Below, piece by piece: positions 8,716 through 18,066 of a DNA stretch of 48,307 bases. The notes beneath the pieces are model-generated. The model was not told where the DNA came from, ran no database searches, and worked only from the letters and a program-made list of their open reading frames with translations. Every line of letters begins with the position of its first letter. Within the stretch, counting starts at the first letter, position 1. Made by a program: the position numbers and the translations under genes. This stretch comes from Phycisphaeraceae bacterium. Its GTDB lineage: Bacteria > Planctomycetota > Phycisphaerae > Phycisphaerales > Phycisphaeraceae. Location of the stretch: assembly GCA_029260675.1 (NCBI GenBank), contig JAJDCV010000282.1, positions 1-48,307 on the forward strand, read 5' to 3'.

Positions 8716-9206
8716 CCCCCATTCAAGGGCCGTCCTGTCACCGGGAAGCATCGACGGAGACCCGGGAGGGATCTCAGCATGGATCCGGTTGGAAACGGCC
8801 GGATACAGACCACCCCCAAGGCCAGGCAATGGGTGCGGTCGAAGTCGCCTCTCAAGATCGAGGCGGGCATAGCGGTACAACCCGACTCACCCGCCTGATC
8901 CGTAACCCCGACCACAATACCTCTGTTTGAAGGTAACCGGGGCTCATGCCGGACGATTCAGGCGCAGATAAAAAATCACGGGCCTTGGTTGTCCAAAGGG
9001 GTGGACCTGGTGAAACGGCTTGGCGTTCCTGGCTGAGCCACGAACTGCCAAGCCTGGATCCGTCCGAGGCCCGTTAGGGCGGGGCGAACGGATGGGGCGG
9101 CCAGTAAACGCCTCATCGATTTTGGAACCCCCGGCCCGACCACGAGCCGTGGCGATTTAGTATCGCGGAGGCTGCGATCAAACGACCCGTCATCACAACC
9201 AGCCAC

Positions 9207-10037
9207 ATGCCGAACCTCCGGCTGAACTGCCGACCCGGCTCGCTGATCGGGGTCGCCTATTGCCTGAGCCTGGCGATGCTGTGCCTCTTGTGGCTACCGC
9301 CACAAAATTCAGAAGCACGGACCTCATCGAACTACGGAACCAGGGTGAAGTCTTCCCGGTTCAATGTTGATCCACGGTGTGGCCAATGCCATCAGCCGCA
9401 ACGGACCAAGTCCCACCCGGTGGATGTCGTCCCGAGCTTCGCCCTACCCAAAGCCTTCCCCCTCACGGACGGGCTGATGACCTGCCAGACATGCCACGAC
9501 GTGATCACCGCACGAGATCATACCGAAGCCCGGATCACCAAGACCGTGAAGCTCAAAGGGTCGAGCCGGGGCAACAACCTGTGCCAAAGCTGCCATAAGC
9601 AGACCGACTCAACGCTCGCCCGGTCGATGCACGGCTCACTGGGCGGGTTGGCACACAGACGGCCTGATACGGATCAGCCCCGTCGGCCCCGGTGGGACAG
9701 TTCAGGGAACAACACCAACCGTTCAAACCTGTGCCTGACATGCCATGACGGCGTACTCGCATCGGAGTCACGTATCCGCATGGGCAACTTCAGGCCCAAC
9801 CAATCCACCCGGGGCGACCACCCGGTCAATATCTACTACGCACAAGCCGCCCGGGACATGATCCTCAATGATGCGGATGGTCGGCTCGTGAATAGCACGC
9901 AACTCGACCCCCGCCTGCGTCTCTTCAATGGCGAGATGAGCTGCGAGACCTGCCACGACCTCTATTCAGAAAACGAGCGCTTGCTTGTGATCTCGAATCA
10001 GCGATCAAAACTCTGCATGTCCTGCCACGAGATCTGA
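9207..10037 (+). CDS. secreted hexaheme cytochrome c (two tandem triheme units)
   Basis: Signal peptide; CGQCH, CQTCH, CQSCH, CLTCH, CETCH, CMSCH; repeated 'HPV' and 'S/N-x-LC' motifs. Confidence 0.9.
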   Translation: MPNLRLNCRPGSLIGVAYCLSLAMLCLLWLPPQNSEARTSSNYGTRVKSSRFNVDPRCGQCHQPQRTKSHPVDVVPSFALPKAFPLTDGLMTCQTCHDVITARDHTEARITKTVKLKGSSRGNNLCQSCHKQTDSTLARSMHGSLGGLAHRRPDTDQPRRPRWDSSGNNTNRSNLCLTCHDGVLASESRIRMGNFRPNQSTRGDHPVNIYYAQAARDMILNDADGRLVNSTQLDPRLRLFNGEMSCETCHDLYSENERLLVISNQRSKLCMSCHEI

Positions 10038-10122
10038 CCGCGGGGCGACCCAATGGCCTGGCCTCATAACAGGCCTGACCGGATCACAACACCTGCTTGA
10101 ATATGCCCGCGCGACTCCGTGA

Positions 10123-11754
10123 TCAGTTGTTGTAGTTCTCGTCGTCGTGGTCCTCGCCGTGGCACAACAGCGTACACGTCCCGCTTCGGTTCCCCTGGTC
10201 GATGAAGAACGGCCCGACGTTGCCCGCCTTCGGCGAGGGGAAGACCACGGAGTTGTCAAAGTTGATCAGGTGGCTGTTGTTGGCTGTGGTCCCAGCTACG
10301 GAGTCGATCCCGTGTGCGTCGTGACAGACCGAACACGGGGTGTCCTCACCGCGGATGTGTTTATCATGCTCCTTGAAGCTGTCGTCATTGAGGATGCTGT
10401 TGCGTTCGTGACACCGGTAACACAGGGCGTAGGCCGAAGCGCTCTCGGTGGTATGGTCTGTGGTGTCGTAGCGTGCGAGCAGCAGCGGACGGAAGCTTGA
10501 GCCGTGCGCTCCGCCTGCCCCGGATCCCGGAGAGTCCGAGCCGTGGCAGTCGGTGCAATAAACCCGGCTTGAGACGGTCCACGCGGGCTTCAGGCTCGGG
10601 ACATCGTTGTTGCGTCCGGTCGTGGTGACCGGGTGGAACGAAATGGCGGACGGGCTGAACTCCTCGCGGGTGTTGTTATTGACAATCTCACGGCTGATCC
10701 ATGGCTGAACGGCGGCCTGGTCGTCGTGGCATTTGAAGCAGACCTCGAACTCGAACTGAGCCGGCGACACCGGGGCCCCGGAGCTGGTGATGCCGTCGAC
10801 CGATCCGAAGTTCGGATGGATGTTCGGTGCCGCCGCCTGCCCGGTGTCGATCGTGTGCGGCTCGTGGCAGTCCGCACAGCCGACGTGATCGGGGATCGGG
10901 TCCAGGGGGTCTGAAATGCTATCGGTGTCGTGGACAAACAACTTGCCCATGTCGGCAGCGATGTTCGGTCCAGAGGTCGTGCCGTCGTGGCAGGCCAGGC
11001 AGGCGGCCCGGTCATTGACGCCATTGAGCAGGAACGGCCCGCTGGGCGCGGTGTGTGTCTTGTGACAGCCCTGGCAGTTCTCATGCCCGGTCACGGTGGT
11101 CGAGAGGATCTGGTGACAGCTGTTGCAAAGCTGTGAGTTGGTGTTATCCATCACCGTGAAGTCCCCGAACGTGTTGTCGTGCGCGTCGTGGCAGGTCGTA
11201 CACTGCAGTTCCTGGTTCGTGTCCAGCCGGACGTCGGCGGGAAGCCCCGCGGGGGAACGCAGTTTCGGGTCCTGCCCTGCCAGGACGGAGTCGTAGCGGA
11301 ACGAGACGGGGTGATCGTCTGAAAGATCGGTCTGGAGGTTGGCGTCCGAGATCGGCATGGTCGTCACGCCGCCGGACATCTGGATGACCTGGCCCTGCGA
11401 CACCACGCTGCCCAAGGCGATCGTGCCGTCGTGACAAGACAGGCACATCTTGCTTGTGCCGGTCGGCTGACCCGGGACGGCGTCCAGCGAGCTGCTGGAA
11501 TACACGGTGTAGGCACCGACCGGCTCGAAACGGTTCCACAAAGGATGCACCGGCGAAGCCGCGTGGGGCGTGTGGCAGAACACGCACACCCGCTGCTCGG
11601 TTGCGGCGACGATCGGCCCCGGACCCGTCACCGACAGGTTGTGCGGCGTGTCGATGATGCTGGCGCCCTGCCCGATCTGACCCTCGGCCGACACAGACAA
11701 AAATACCGCCGACACGATCACGACGGCCGACAGGATAACGGTGAGTGCTTTCAT
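10123..11754 (-). CDS. secreted 11(+1)-heme cytochrome c with an N-terminal OmcE-like domain
   Basis: 11 CxxCH plus CTLLCH. N-terminal 'HNLS...VCVFCHTPH..PLWNR..YSSSS..CLSCHDG..DLSDDHPV..CTTCHDAH..SQLCNSCH'. Confidence 0.92.
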   Translation of the reverse strand: MKALTVILSAVVIVSAVFLSVSAEGQIGQGASIIDTPHNLSVTGPGPIVAATEQRVCVFCHTPHAASPVHPLWNRFEPVGAYTVYSSSSLDAVPGQPTGTSKMCLSCHDGTIALGSVVSQGQVIQMSGGVTTMPISDANLQTDLSDDHPVSFRYDSVLAGQDPKLRSPAGLPADVRLDTNQELQCTTCHDAHDNTFGDFTVMDNTNSQLCNSCHQILSTTVTGHENCQGCHKTHTAPSGPFLLNGVNDRAACLACHDGTTSGPNIAADMGKLFVHDTDSISDPLDPIPDHVGCADCHEPHTIDTGQAAAPNIHPNFGSVDGITSSGAPVSPAQFEFEVCFKCHDDQAAVQPWISREIVNNNTREEFSPSAISFHPVTTTGRNNDVPSLKPAWTVSSRVYCTDCHGSDSPGSGAGGAHGSSFRPLLLARYDTTDHTTESASAYALCYRCHERNSILNDDSFKEHDKHIRGEDTPCSVCHDAHGIDSVAGTTANNSHLINFDNSVVFPSPKAGNVGPFFIDQGNRSGTCTLLCHGEDHDDENYNN

Positions 11755-12842
11755 GGCTGGTCCTCCCCCAGGTAGTCGAACACCTGAACCCGACGGTTAT
11801 AGGTATCGGCCACCCAGATACGGTTCTGTGGATCGACCCATATCCCGGCGGGCAGCCAGAACTGCCCGCGTCCGCGTCCCTCTTCGCCGAAGGTCATCAG
11901 AAGCCGGCCCTGCGAGTCGAAGACCTGCACCGCCTCGAAGGAGGCGTCGATGACATACAGGTGGCCATCACGATCGACCCCCAGCCCCTTGGGACGGGCG
12001 AAGTAACCCGGCAGGTTCCCGCCGCGGCCGATCTGACGGATCGGTTTAAGGTCCACGTCGAATTGCTGCACACGGAAGTTCAACGTATCGCTGACGTACA
12101 GCCGGCCCGAAGCGTCGACCGCGACGTTCGTCGGGAAGTTGAACCCGCCCAACTCCACACCGCGCCCACCCAGGCGCTGGATCAGCTGCCCATCTAGGGT
12201 CATCACCACCACCAGGTGAGCCTTCACGTCCGCGACGAACAGCCGGCCACGTTCGGCGTCGATCGCGATGCCCGCCGGCCGACTTAGTAATTCCCCACCC
12301 ATCCTCTTGAGATAGACCCCGTGCTGGTCAAACACGACCAGATCACCCTCGACAGAGTCCGCGACGATCAATCTGCCCGCCGGGTCGTACGCCACGCCGG
12401 TCGGTTGCGAGAACCGGCCCACGTCATCCTTGTTATTGTCATCGTCCTCGTCGGCGGGCGGGGCCCATTGCTGATACACCCGTGTAGACAGGTCAAAGAC
12501 GTGGACGACCTGGGCGTTGGAATCCGCAACAAAAAGCCTGTCCGCGCCGTCCGAGCAAACAGCGAAGGGGCTGAGCATTTTCTCCTCAGGCTCACGCCCG
12601 AACAGCGTCGCGCCGACGTTATCCAGAAACGACTTGGCGGGTTTGAGGTCCTGACCGCTGCTTATCGCGCCGACGTAACGTATGCGCGCCTTTTCGGGCG
12701 GCGCTGGCCAGATGGGGTCGTCCGGTTGTGCCTGGAAGATCATCCCCGCCGGGGTCTGACACCCTAGCAGCGCGGCCACCGCGCCCAAGGCGCAAGCACG
12801 CCGTAACCATCCGCCGACCGATGCGAGATGTATCCCTGTCAT
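11751..12842 (-). CDS. NHL-repeat (6-bladed beta-propeller) lipoprotein
   Basis: Lipobox LLGC; repeats FSQPTGVAYD, FNFPTNVAVD, FARPKGLGVD, FWLPAGIWVD. Start moved to MTGIHL at 12842. Confidence 0.9.
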   Translation of the reverse strand: MTGIHLASVGGWLRRACALGAVAALLGCQTPAGMIFQAQPDDPIWPAPPEKARIRYVGAISSGQDLKPAKSFLDNVGATLFGREPEEKMLSPFAVCSDGADRLFVADSNAQVVHVFDLSTRVYQQWAPPADEDDDNNKDDVGRFSQPTGVAYDPAGRLIVADSVEGDLVVFDQHGVYLKRMGGELLSRPAGIAIDAERGRLFVADVKAHLVVVMTLDGQLIQRLGGRGVELGGFNFPTNVAVDASGRLYVSDTLNFRVQQFDVDLKPIRQIGRGGNLPGYFARPKGLGVDRDGHLYVIDASFEAVQVFDSQGRLLMTFGEEGRGRGQFWLPAGIWVDPQNRIWVADTYNRRVQVFDYLGEDQP

Positions 12843-12864
12843 GGCTTGCCTTTCCGGGTGGATG

Positions 12865-14913
12865 CTAGAAGTTCCTCCGTACGCCGGCAAATAAGCTCTG
12901 CGACGTCGTGTCGCTTGAGTTGGAGCTGAACACCTCGTTGCGGATCTGCAGGAACGCGCTGGTCTGTCGATAACGCCAGTCCAGGTCAAACCGCTGCTCA
13001 AAAGACGTGCTGTCTTCGCCGATGTCTTCGGAAAGGTCGAACCACAGCAGCTCGATGCGGCCGTTGAGTTTCCTGCTGAACTCATGAGTGAACGTGCCAC
13101 TGGCGGTGAACTGAGTGGCCGTGTTGTCTTCGTCGATAAACTCGGTCTCGGTGTGCTGAACCCGGATGTCCAGCGAGTCCGTCGATGAGATACGGTCGTG
13201 CAGGATCACCTCGAAGCGGGTCTGCTCGAACGGGGAGATATCGCTGTCGTGGTCGATGTGTTCGGCCTCGAAGATCAGGACGCCGAGCCGGTATTCCACG
13301 CCCACCGCCAACTCCTCGACGTTGTTAGGCACCACCACGATGAGCCGATCGCTGCGGATAGATTCGTCGATGCTCAGGTACCGCATAAACACCCCCAGGC
13401 CGGACAACGGGCCCTCTTGTAAGTCGTACCGAAGGCCCAGGCCGACGGTGTTTGAGGTGACGTTGTGTGCCGGCTCGGGATCGACCGTGTAATCGATCTC
13501 GACGTTCTCGCCGGCGGTGATCCGACCGGTCAGGACGCGCCGCAACTCGATGCGGTTGGCCAGCACGGTGACCCGGTAGTCGATGCCCTCGCTGTAAACA
13601 GCCGGGCCGACCGGGTTGGCGATGTTGTGTACGACGATGCTTGCCGCGTCGATATTGCTGCGTGCGAGGATCACGGGGCTGGGTCCCACAAAAGCGTGCG
13701 GCTCGCGGACAACCTGAAACGGTTGGCCACGTTCGCCGTTGTCTTGCTGATCGTAGCGCAGGCGCAGGTCGCCGGAGAGCCGGCCGCGGGGCACCAGCTT
13801 CGTGTATTCCAGCGCCAGGTCGCCGAACTTCCCATCGGTCTTGAACCCGTCCGAGAAATCCTCGGCATGTCCGCCCACCTGTGCCGTCGTGACGAGGCTG
13901 TCGTACAGCCGATGACGGACAAGCGCATCGCCGTTGTAAGCACGCTGGGTCAGCCCCGCGCGTTGCTGATCCAGCGCGGTGAAGTGGTACCGGGACTCCA
14001 GGGTCGGGGAGTGCGTGAGCCTCACGATCTCATCCCATCGGAACCTCTCTTCGGCGAAGTCGCCCTGCTGATCGAAGAACTCGAAACGCGATCGGATGTT
14101 GCTCTGGTGATCGTTGCCGAAATCCACCGTATGGGTCAGGTCGGTGTCGTGCCGGGTGTAATGGATATCCGCCCTGACCGGCGCAGTCAGGTCGATTTTG
14201 TTAAGCCGGTAGTTGAAATCCAGGTCCTGATATTCCCCGAGGTTGATCTGGCTGGAGATATCTACAAGGTCTTCGATCTGGTCGAAGCTGTTATTCCCGC
14301 TTGTGGACGGATCATTCTGGCTGGTTTTTCGCTGTGTGTAGCTGAAGCTGTGCCGGGCCTGGGGGAGCGTGACCAGCCAGTTGAAACCGGAGGCGGTGTC
14401 CGTGCTCTCGATCGTCGGGCCGAACTGCCGGTCCAGCAGTGTCTGGAACTGCCGGGTGAAGACGGTCAGGGGGGTGTTGCTTCGCCGCAGGATCGTCGCC
14501 CGCGCGTCGTATTCCTGGAGCGTTTCACCGACCTGGCGGTCCCCGCTGGGCGTGTCGCTGTCGAAGTCGTTTTGCTCAAGAATCATCGACCCGAACAGCG
14601 ATAGATGCACCAGGTTAGGGTGCCGGATAAACCCGTCCGTCGAGACCTCGAACAACTCGCGGAACTCCTGCTCGGTCTCGGTGGTGGTGGGTTGCCCGGT
14701 GGTGTCCGAGGTGTCTTCCTGCCAGCGGTACTCCAGCCCCAGCGAAGCATGGACGTTGTCGAACTCCAGCAGCGGCAACTCCCGCCGGGGGTTGATAACG
14801 ATCGGATCCTCCTGGCCATAGACCGGGCCGCAGACCCCAAGCAGCATCGACATCCCGGTGGTCAGTAACGCCGGGCGTGCGGGGTGTCGCACATTCAGTT
14901 TATGCGGTGTCAT
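12865..14913 (-). CDS. large outer-membrane beta-barrel (porin of a porin-cytochrome conduit)
   Basis: Signal peptide, alternating amphipathic beta-strands, C-terminal 'LFAGVRRNF' ending in Phe, no heme motifs; flanked by cytochromes. Confidence 0.8.
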   Translation of the reverse strand: MTPHKLNVRHPARPALLTTGMSMLLGVCGPVYGQEDPIVINPRRELPLLEFDNVHASLGLEYRWQEDTSDTTGQPTTTETEQEFRELFEVSTDGFIRHPNLVHLSLFGSMILEQNDFDSDTPSGDRQVGETLQEYDARATILRRSNTPLTVFTRQFQTLLDRQFGPTIESTDTASGFNWLVTLPQARHSFSYTQRKTSQNDPSTSGNNSFDQIEDLVDISSQINLGEYQDLDFNYRLNKIDLTAPVRADIHYTRHDTDLTHTVDFGNDHQSNIRSRFEFFDQQGDFAEERFRWDEIVRLTHSPTLESRYHFTALDQQRAGLTQRAYNGDALVRHRLYDSLVTTAQVGGHAEDFSDGFKTDGKFGDLALEYTKLVPRGRLSGDLRLRYDQQDNGERGQPFQVVREPHAFVGPSPVILARSNIDAASIVVHNIANPVGPAVYSEGIDYRVTVLANRIELRRVLTGRITAGENVEIDYTVDPEPAHNVTSNTVGLGLRYDLQEGPLSGLGVFMRYLSIDESIRSDRLIVVVPNNVEELAVGVEYRLGVLIFEAEHIDHDSDISPFEQTRFEVILHDRISSTDSLDIRVQHTETEFIDEDNTATQFTASGTFTHEFSRKLNGRIELLWFDLSEDIGEDSTSFEQRFDLDWRYRQTSAFLQIRNEVFSSNSSDTTSQSLFAGVRRNF

Positions 14914-15575
14914 CCCGGCACCGCCTCACCCTGGTCGGGCGTCTGAGGTGATACATCACCGGAATTAATTTCGTTTAGCGCCTCCGGCTTAAGAAAATAA
15001 GTCCGGTCCCCACCGTGGCCGGAGTGGCAATCCAGGCATGATCGTTTCGGGTCCGTGTGCGCCTGGGGGGTCGGCCCCAGTGTGTCGGGCATCGCGTGAC
15101 AGGTGACGCACATGACCCGGGGCGGATCCCGGAGCATGAATACCGTCGTCGACTGGTGCGGGTCGTGGCAGGCCATGCAGTCGCCAACCGCCACGGGCCC
15201 GTGCATCAGCTCGAACTGCTCGGGTTTATTGCCGTGGCATTGGACGCAGACCGAGGCATCGGGCATCAGCGCAGCCGGTTCATGTGAGGTGTGGCAGGCC
15301 TGGCAATTTCCCTCGGAATAAGGCTCGTGGAAGTTGTACTTAATCGCCAGCCGTCTGCGAGCCTGCGCCGCGGGTGAGTTGGATAGTGCTTCTGGCGGGG
15401 CGTTGGGGTCCGGGACGCCGTCGAAGAAGAATGACAGCGTCTCGTAGTGCTCTTCCGGGTTGCAACCGGTCAATGCCAACAGCGGGGGCACGCCCAGGAC
15501 CAGAACAGGCAACAGGTACAGCACCCCGACGAAGCGCTTCCGCCGGACGCAACCTGACCTGACGCGGGCTTTCAT
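14910..15575 (-). CDS. pentaheme cytochrome c lipoprotein
   Basis: Lipobox LTGC, then LSFFFDGVPDP; CQACH, CVQCH, CMACH, CVTCH, CLDCH; translationally coupled to the porin. Confidence 0.9.
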   Translation of the reverse strand: MKARVRSGCVRRKRFVGVLYLLPVLVLGVPPLLALTGCNPEEHYETLSFFFDGVPDPNAPPEALSNSPAAQARRRLAIKYNFHEPYSEGNCQACHTSHEPAALMPDASVCVQCHGNKPEQFELMHGPVAVGDCMACHDPHQSTTVFMLRDPPRVMCVTCHAMPDTLGPTPQAHTDPKRSCLDCHSGHGGDRTYFLKPEALNEINSGDVSPQTPDQGEAVPG

Positions 15576-16861
15576 TTCTCAGACCCGGTAGCGCTGTTTT
15601 CCACCGGTGTTTCGACTGGTGGCCGCTGCGGGTCCGTCTTGGGATCAGCCGGCTCGGTGGCGCCTGGTGGCAGCGCCCCGGACCCTGTGTCCGCGCCCCG
15701 GACGTCGGAAACCCCCAGGTTCACTTCCGCCTGGTCCGCGCGGATGTCCTCGGGCGTAGCGCCTGGCTTGAGTTGACCCAGCGCGTAGACCGCGACTTTC
15801 GCCGGCCCGAATTGGTTGGTCACGATCAGCAGCCTCTCGGCCTGGAACGCGGGGTGGATATCCTTCTCAAACAGGTCCAGGTCGCCGTCATGAACCGTCA
15901 CGCCCACGGGCAGGAACATGGCCCCGGGGTGGTCGCCCACGTTACCGAACCAGGTCAGCAGCTTGCCCTGGTGGTTGAAGACCTGGACGTTCTGGAAAGC
16001 GGCATCCACGATGTAGATCCGCCCGTCAACATCGGTCGCCAGGTGCTTGGGCCGGACAAACTCTCCGATCGCGGTCGTGAGTTTCCCGAACCCCATAAGC
16101 AGCTCGCCGTCGGGTGAAAAGATCTGGATCCTGGCCTTAAGCGCATCCCCGACGATGACGCGCCCCTGGCGGTCAACATCAATCCCCAGCGGACGCACGA
16201 ACTGACCGTCTTCCGCGCCGCCGCCCTCCTGGCCGATCCGTCCGATTTCCTGCCCGTTGGATCGGTCCAGGATCAGCACTTGCTTGCTGATATAGTCGGT
16301 GACGTAGATCCGGTCCTGTGTCACGGCCAGAGCACCGGGCTTGAATAGCCCCGGCTCAAAACGTGTCAGGTAGCGCTCGTTCTGGTCATACACGACGATC
16401 CGGTTGGCCCCCAGGTCCGCGACGTAGATCAGCCCGTCGGGCGCAATCGCGACGTCGGTCGGCCTGATCAGGCGGGTGATCCCCCCGCTGCCGATCACAC
16501 GGGTCTGCTGGCTGCGGAGGTCCAGCACGACCACGCTGGGGTTACGGATATCACAGACGTAGATCCGTCCATTGGCCGCCTCCACGCCGTAGGGCTTGTT
16601 GATCGGCAGGACCTGCTGCCCGGCCTCGCCGTAGATAAGCGCATCGAGCTTGCCGCCATCGGGCTCGACGTCCTTACTGAATTGATAGGAGTGAAGGAAT
16701 TGGATCCGGGGCTGATCGGGATAGGGAGGCCAAAAGGAATAGCGCTTGTTGGGCGCTTGGGCGGTGGGCGTGCTCCCGCAGCCGGTCAGGGCCATCAGCG
16801 CGATCAGCCCCGCCAGGGAGGCCTTAGAGAAAGTGCGGGTGATCAAGCGTGTATCCGTCAT
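15572..16861 (-). CDS. NHL-repeat beta-propeller lipoprotein
   Basis: Lipobox LTGC; 'FWPPYPDQPRIQFL'; repeats INKPYGV, RPTDVAI, FVRPLGIDVD, FVRPKHLATD. Confidence 0.9.
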   Translation of the reverse strand: MTDTRLITRTFSKASLAGLIALMALTGCGSTPTAQAPNKRYSFWPPYPDQPRIQFLHSYQFSKDVEPDGGKLDALIYGEAGQQVLPINKPYGVEAANGRIYVCDIRNPSVVVLDLRSQQTRVIGSGGITRLIRPTDVAIAPDGLIYVADLGANRIVVYDQNERYLTRFEPGLFKPGALAVTQDRIYVTDYISKQVLILDRSNGQEIGRIGQEGGGAEDGQFVRPLGIDVDRQGRVIVGDALKARIQIFSPDGELLMGFGKLTTAIGEFVRPKHLATDVDGRIYIVDAAFQNVQVFNHQGKLLTWFGNVGDHPGAMFLPVGVTVHDGDLDLFEKDIHPAFQAERLLIVTNQFGPAKVAVYALGQLKPGATPEDIRADQAEVNLGVSDVRGADTGSGALPPGATEPADPKTDPQRPPVETPVENSATGSEK

Positions 16862-17014
16862 AACCAGTTGCTCCCGCCACTTGCCCAGCCCTGAAGCTCA
16901 ATCCACTGCAACGGGTTATAATACCTGTATCCGGAAATCGGTGCCGAGGTCGATAAAAGGCGAGAAGACACGAACGGCGTGGCACCTGTTTTTTTAATTG
17001 AAGCCTTAACAGGA

Positions 17015-17055
17015 GCCGCTGGTCGGGCTGGTCGAGAGACCAGCCCGCCAGTGGC
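17015..17055 (-). terminator. GC-rich stem-loop just 3' of the OmcE-like gene (mRNA stabiliser or partial terminator)
   Basis: CGGGCTGGTC-GAGA-GACCAGCCCG perfect 10-bp stem (17024-17047), extendable. No U-tract on the coding strand. Confidence 0.6.
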
Positions 17056-17065
17056 CTTTTATTGG

Positions 17066-17686
17066 CTATTTTATGTGGCAGGCCAGGCACAGCTGGCTGC
17101 CGTTGTTGGTGACGCGGAGCAACTCTGGCAGGTTCGCCTTATTGTGAACCGAGTGGCAAGACGCGCAACTGACGACGCTCTCGGCCTGACCTGCAACGGT
17201 CATGGACCGGACCCGCACGCCGTTGGCCTTGGGGTCGGGAGCCAAGCCGGTGTCGGCGAAGTCGTACACGGCCACGGCACCGACCGGGTGGTCGTCGCTG
17301 AGGTCGCCCGTGCCGCCACCCATCTGCTTGCTGGCACCGATGAACGTGGTACCGTTGGTCGTGCCGCCGAAGCTATCTAAGGCGATCGACCCGTCGTGGC
17401 AACTCATGCATGCCTGACTGTCACGGTCCAGGCCGGCGAAACCGTCGTTGGATGTCTGGCCTTCATAAAGGGTGTAATTGGCATACGAGGGAACCTCGTG
17501 GTTCCACAATAGCCCAAGCGTGGCGCCATTGGGCGCGTTGTGAGGCGCGTGGCAGGGCTGACAGATCGTCGAGCCAGACCAGCTCTCGGCACTGAAGTCG
17601 TGGGCGGAGCCTGAAAGGGCCGCCGAGGCCACCCCCGCGAAGACCAAGACACAGGCCATCGATAGGATGTGTTGACTGAGTTTCAT
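17066..17686 (-). CDS. omcE: OmcE-like tetraheme cytochrome c (candidate nanowire subunit)
   Basis: Signal peptide; HDFS..ICQPCHAPHN..LWN..YTLY..CMSCHDG..DLSDDHPV..CASCHSVH..LR.TNNGSQLCLACHIK, collinear with Geobacter OmcE as I recall it. Start MKLSQH at 17686 with a GGAGA RBS. Confidence 0.85.
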   Translation of the reverse strand: MKLSQHILSMACVLVFAGVASAALSGSAHDFSAESWSGSTICQPCHAPHNAPNGATLGLLWNHEVPSYANYTLYEGQTSNDGFAGLDRDSQACMSCHDGSIALDSFGGTTNGTTFIGASKQMGGGTGDLSDDHPVGAVAVYDFADTGLAPDPKANGVRVRSMTVAGQAESVVSCASCHSVHNKANLPELLRVTNNGSQLCLACHIK

Positions 17687-17768
17687 TTTTACATCTCCAT
17701 TTCCAAAAGGGTTTGTGTGTTCAAACAAGAAAGCTCACCGTCCGTGTCTCGTCGCCACAAGATCTTGG

Positions 17769-17785
17769 TGCAAATGGCGTACCTA
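17769..17785 (-). promoter_or_regulatory. sigma54 promoter for the omcE-like/porin operon
   Basis: TAGGTACGCCATTTGCA = GG-N10-GC with TTGCA, about 85 bp upstream of the start codon. Confidence 0.7.
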
Positions 17786-17864
17786 AAGTAAAATGAGTCT
17801 TTTGATCCCCTGGTCGCCGTGTCAGACTGAAAAAACGACTTTCCTTGCCCCTTCTAGACCCCGG

Positions 17865-17880
17865 CATCCATAATTGAGAA
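17865..17880. promoter_or_regulatory. degenerate candidate activator site CATCCA-TAAT-TGAGAA
   Basis: Right half-site perfect; about 80 bp upstream of the sigma54 motif. Confidence 0.45.
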
Positions 17881-18066
17881 TGCACGGGCCGGCGATAGTC
17901 CATTCCCGAGAACCCCAACCTCGGGGCCTTGATTACACTTCCGGATTAATCCCGATGCGATTCAAACACCGCTCCAGGATCCGAGAAACCCCCTAAATCT
18001 CCAGGATTCTCAAGTCTACGCAATAGCTGCAACCCGGGGATCCGTGTCTGGATATGGCGGTTCACC

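Noticed and set aside
16980..16996. TGGCACCTGTTTTTT sigma54-like motif
   Set aside because: Wrong strand for the operon and lacks the -12 GC.
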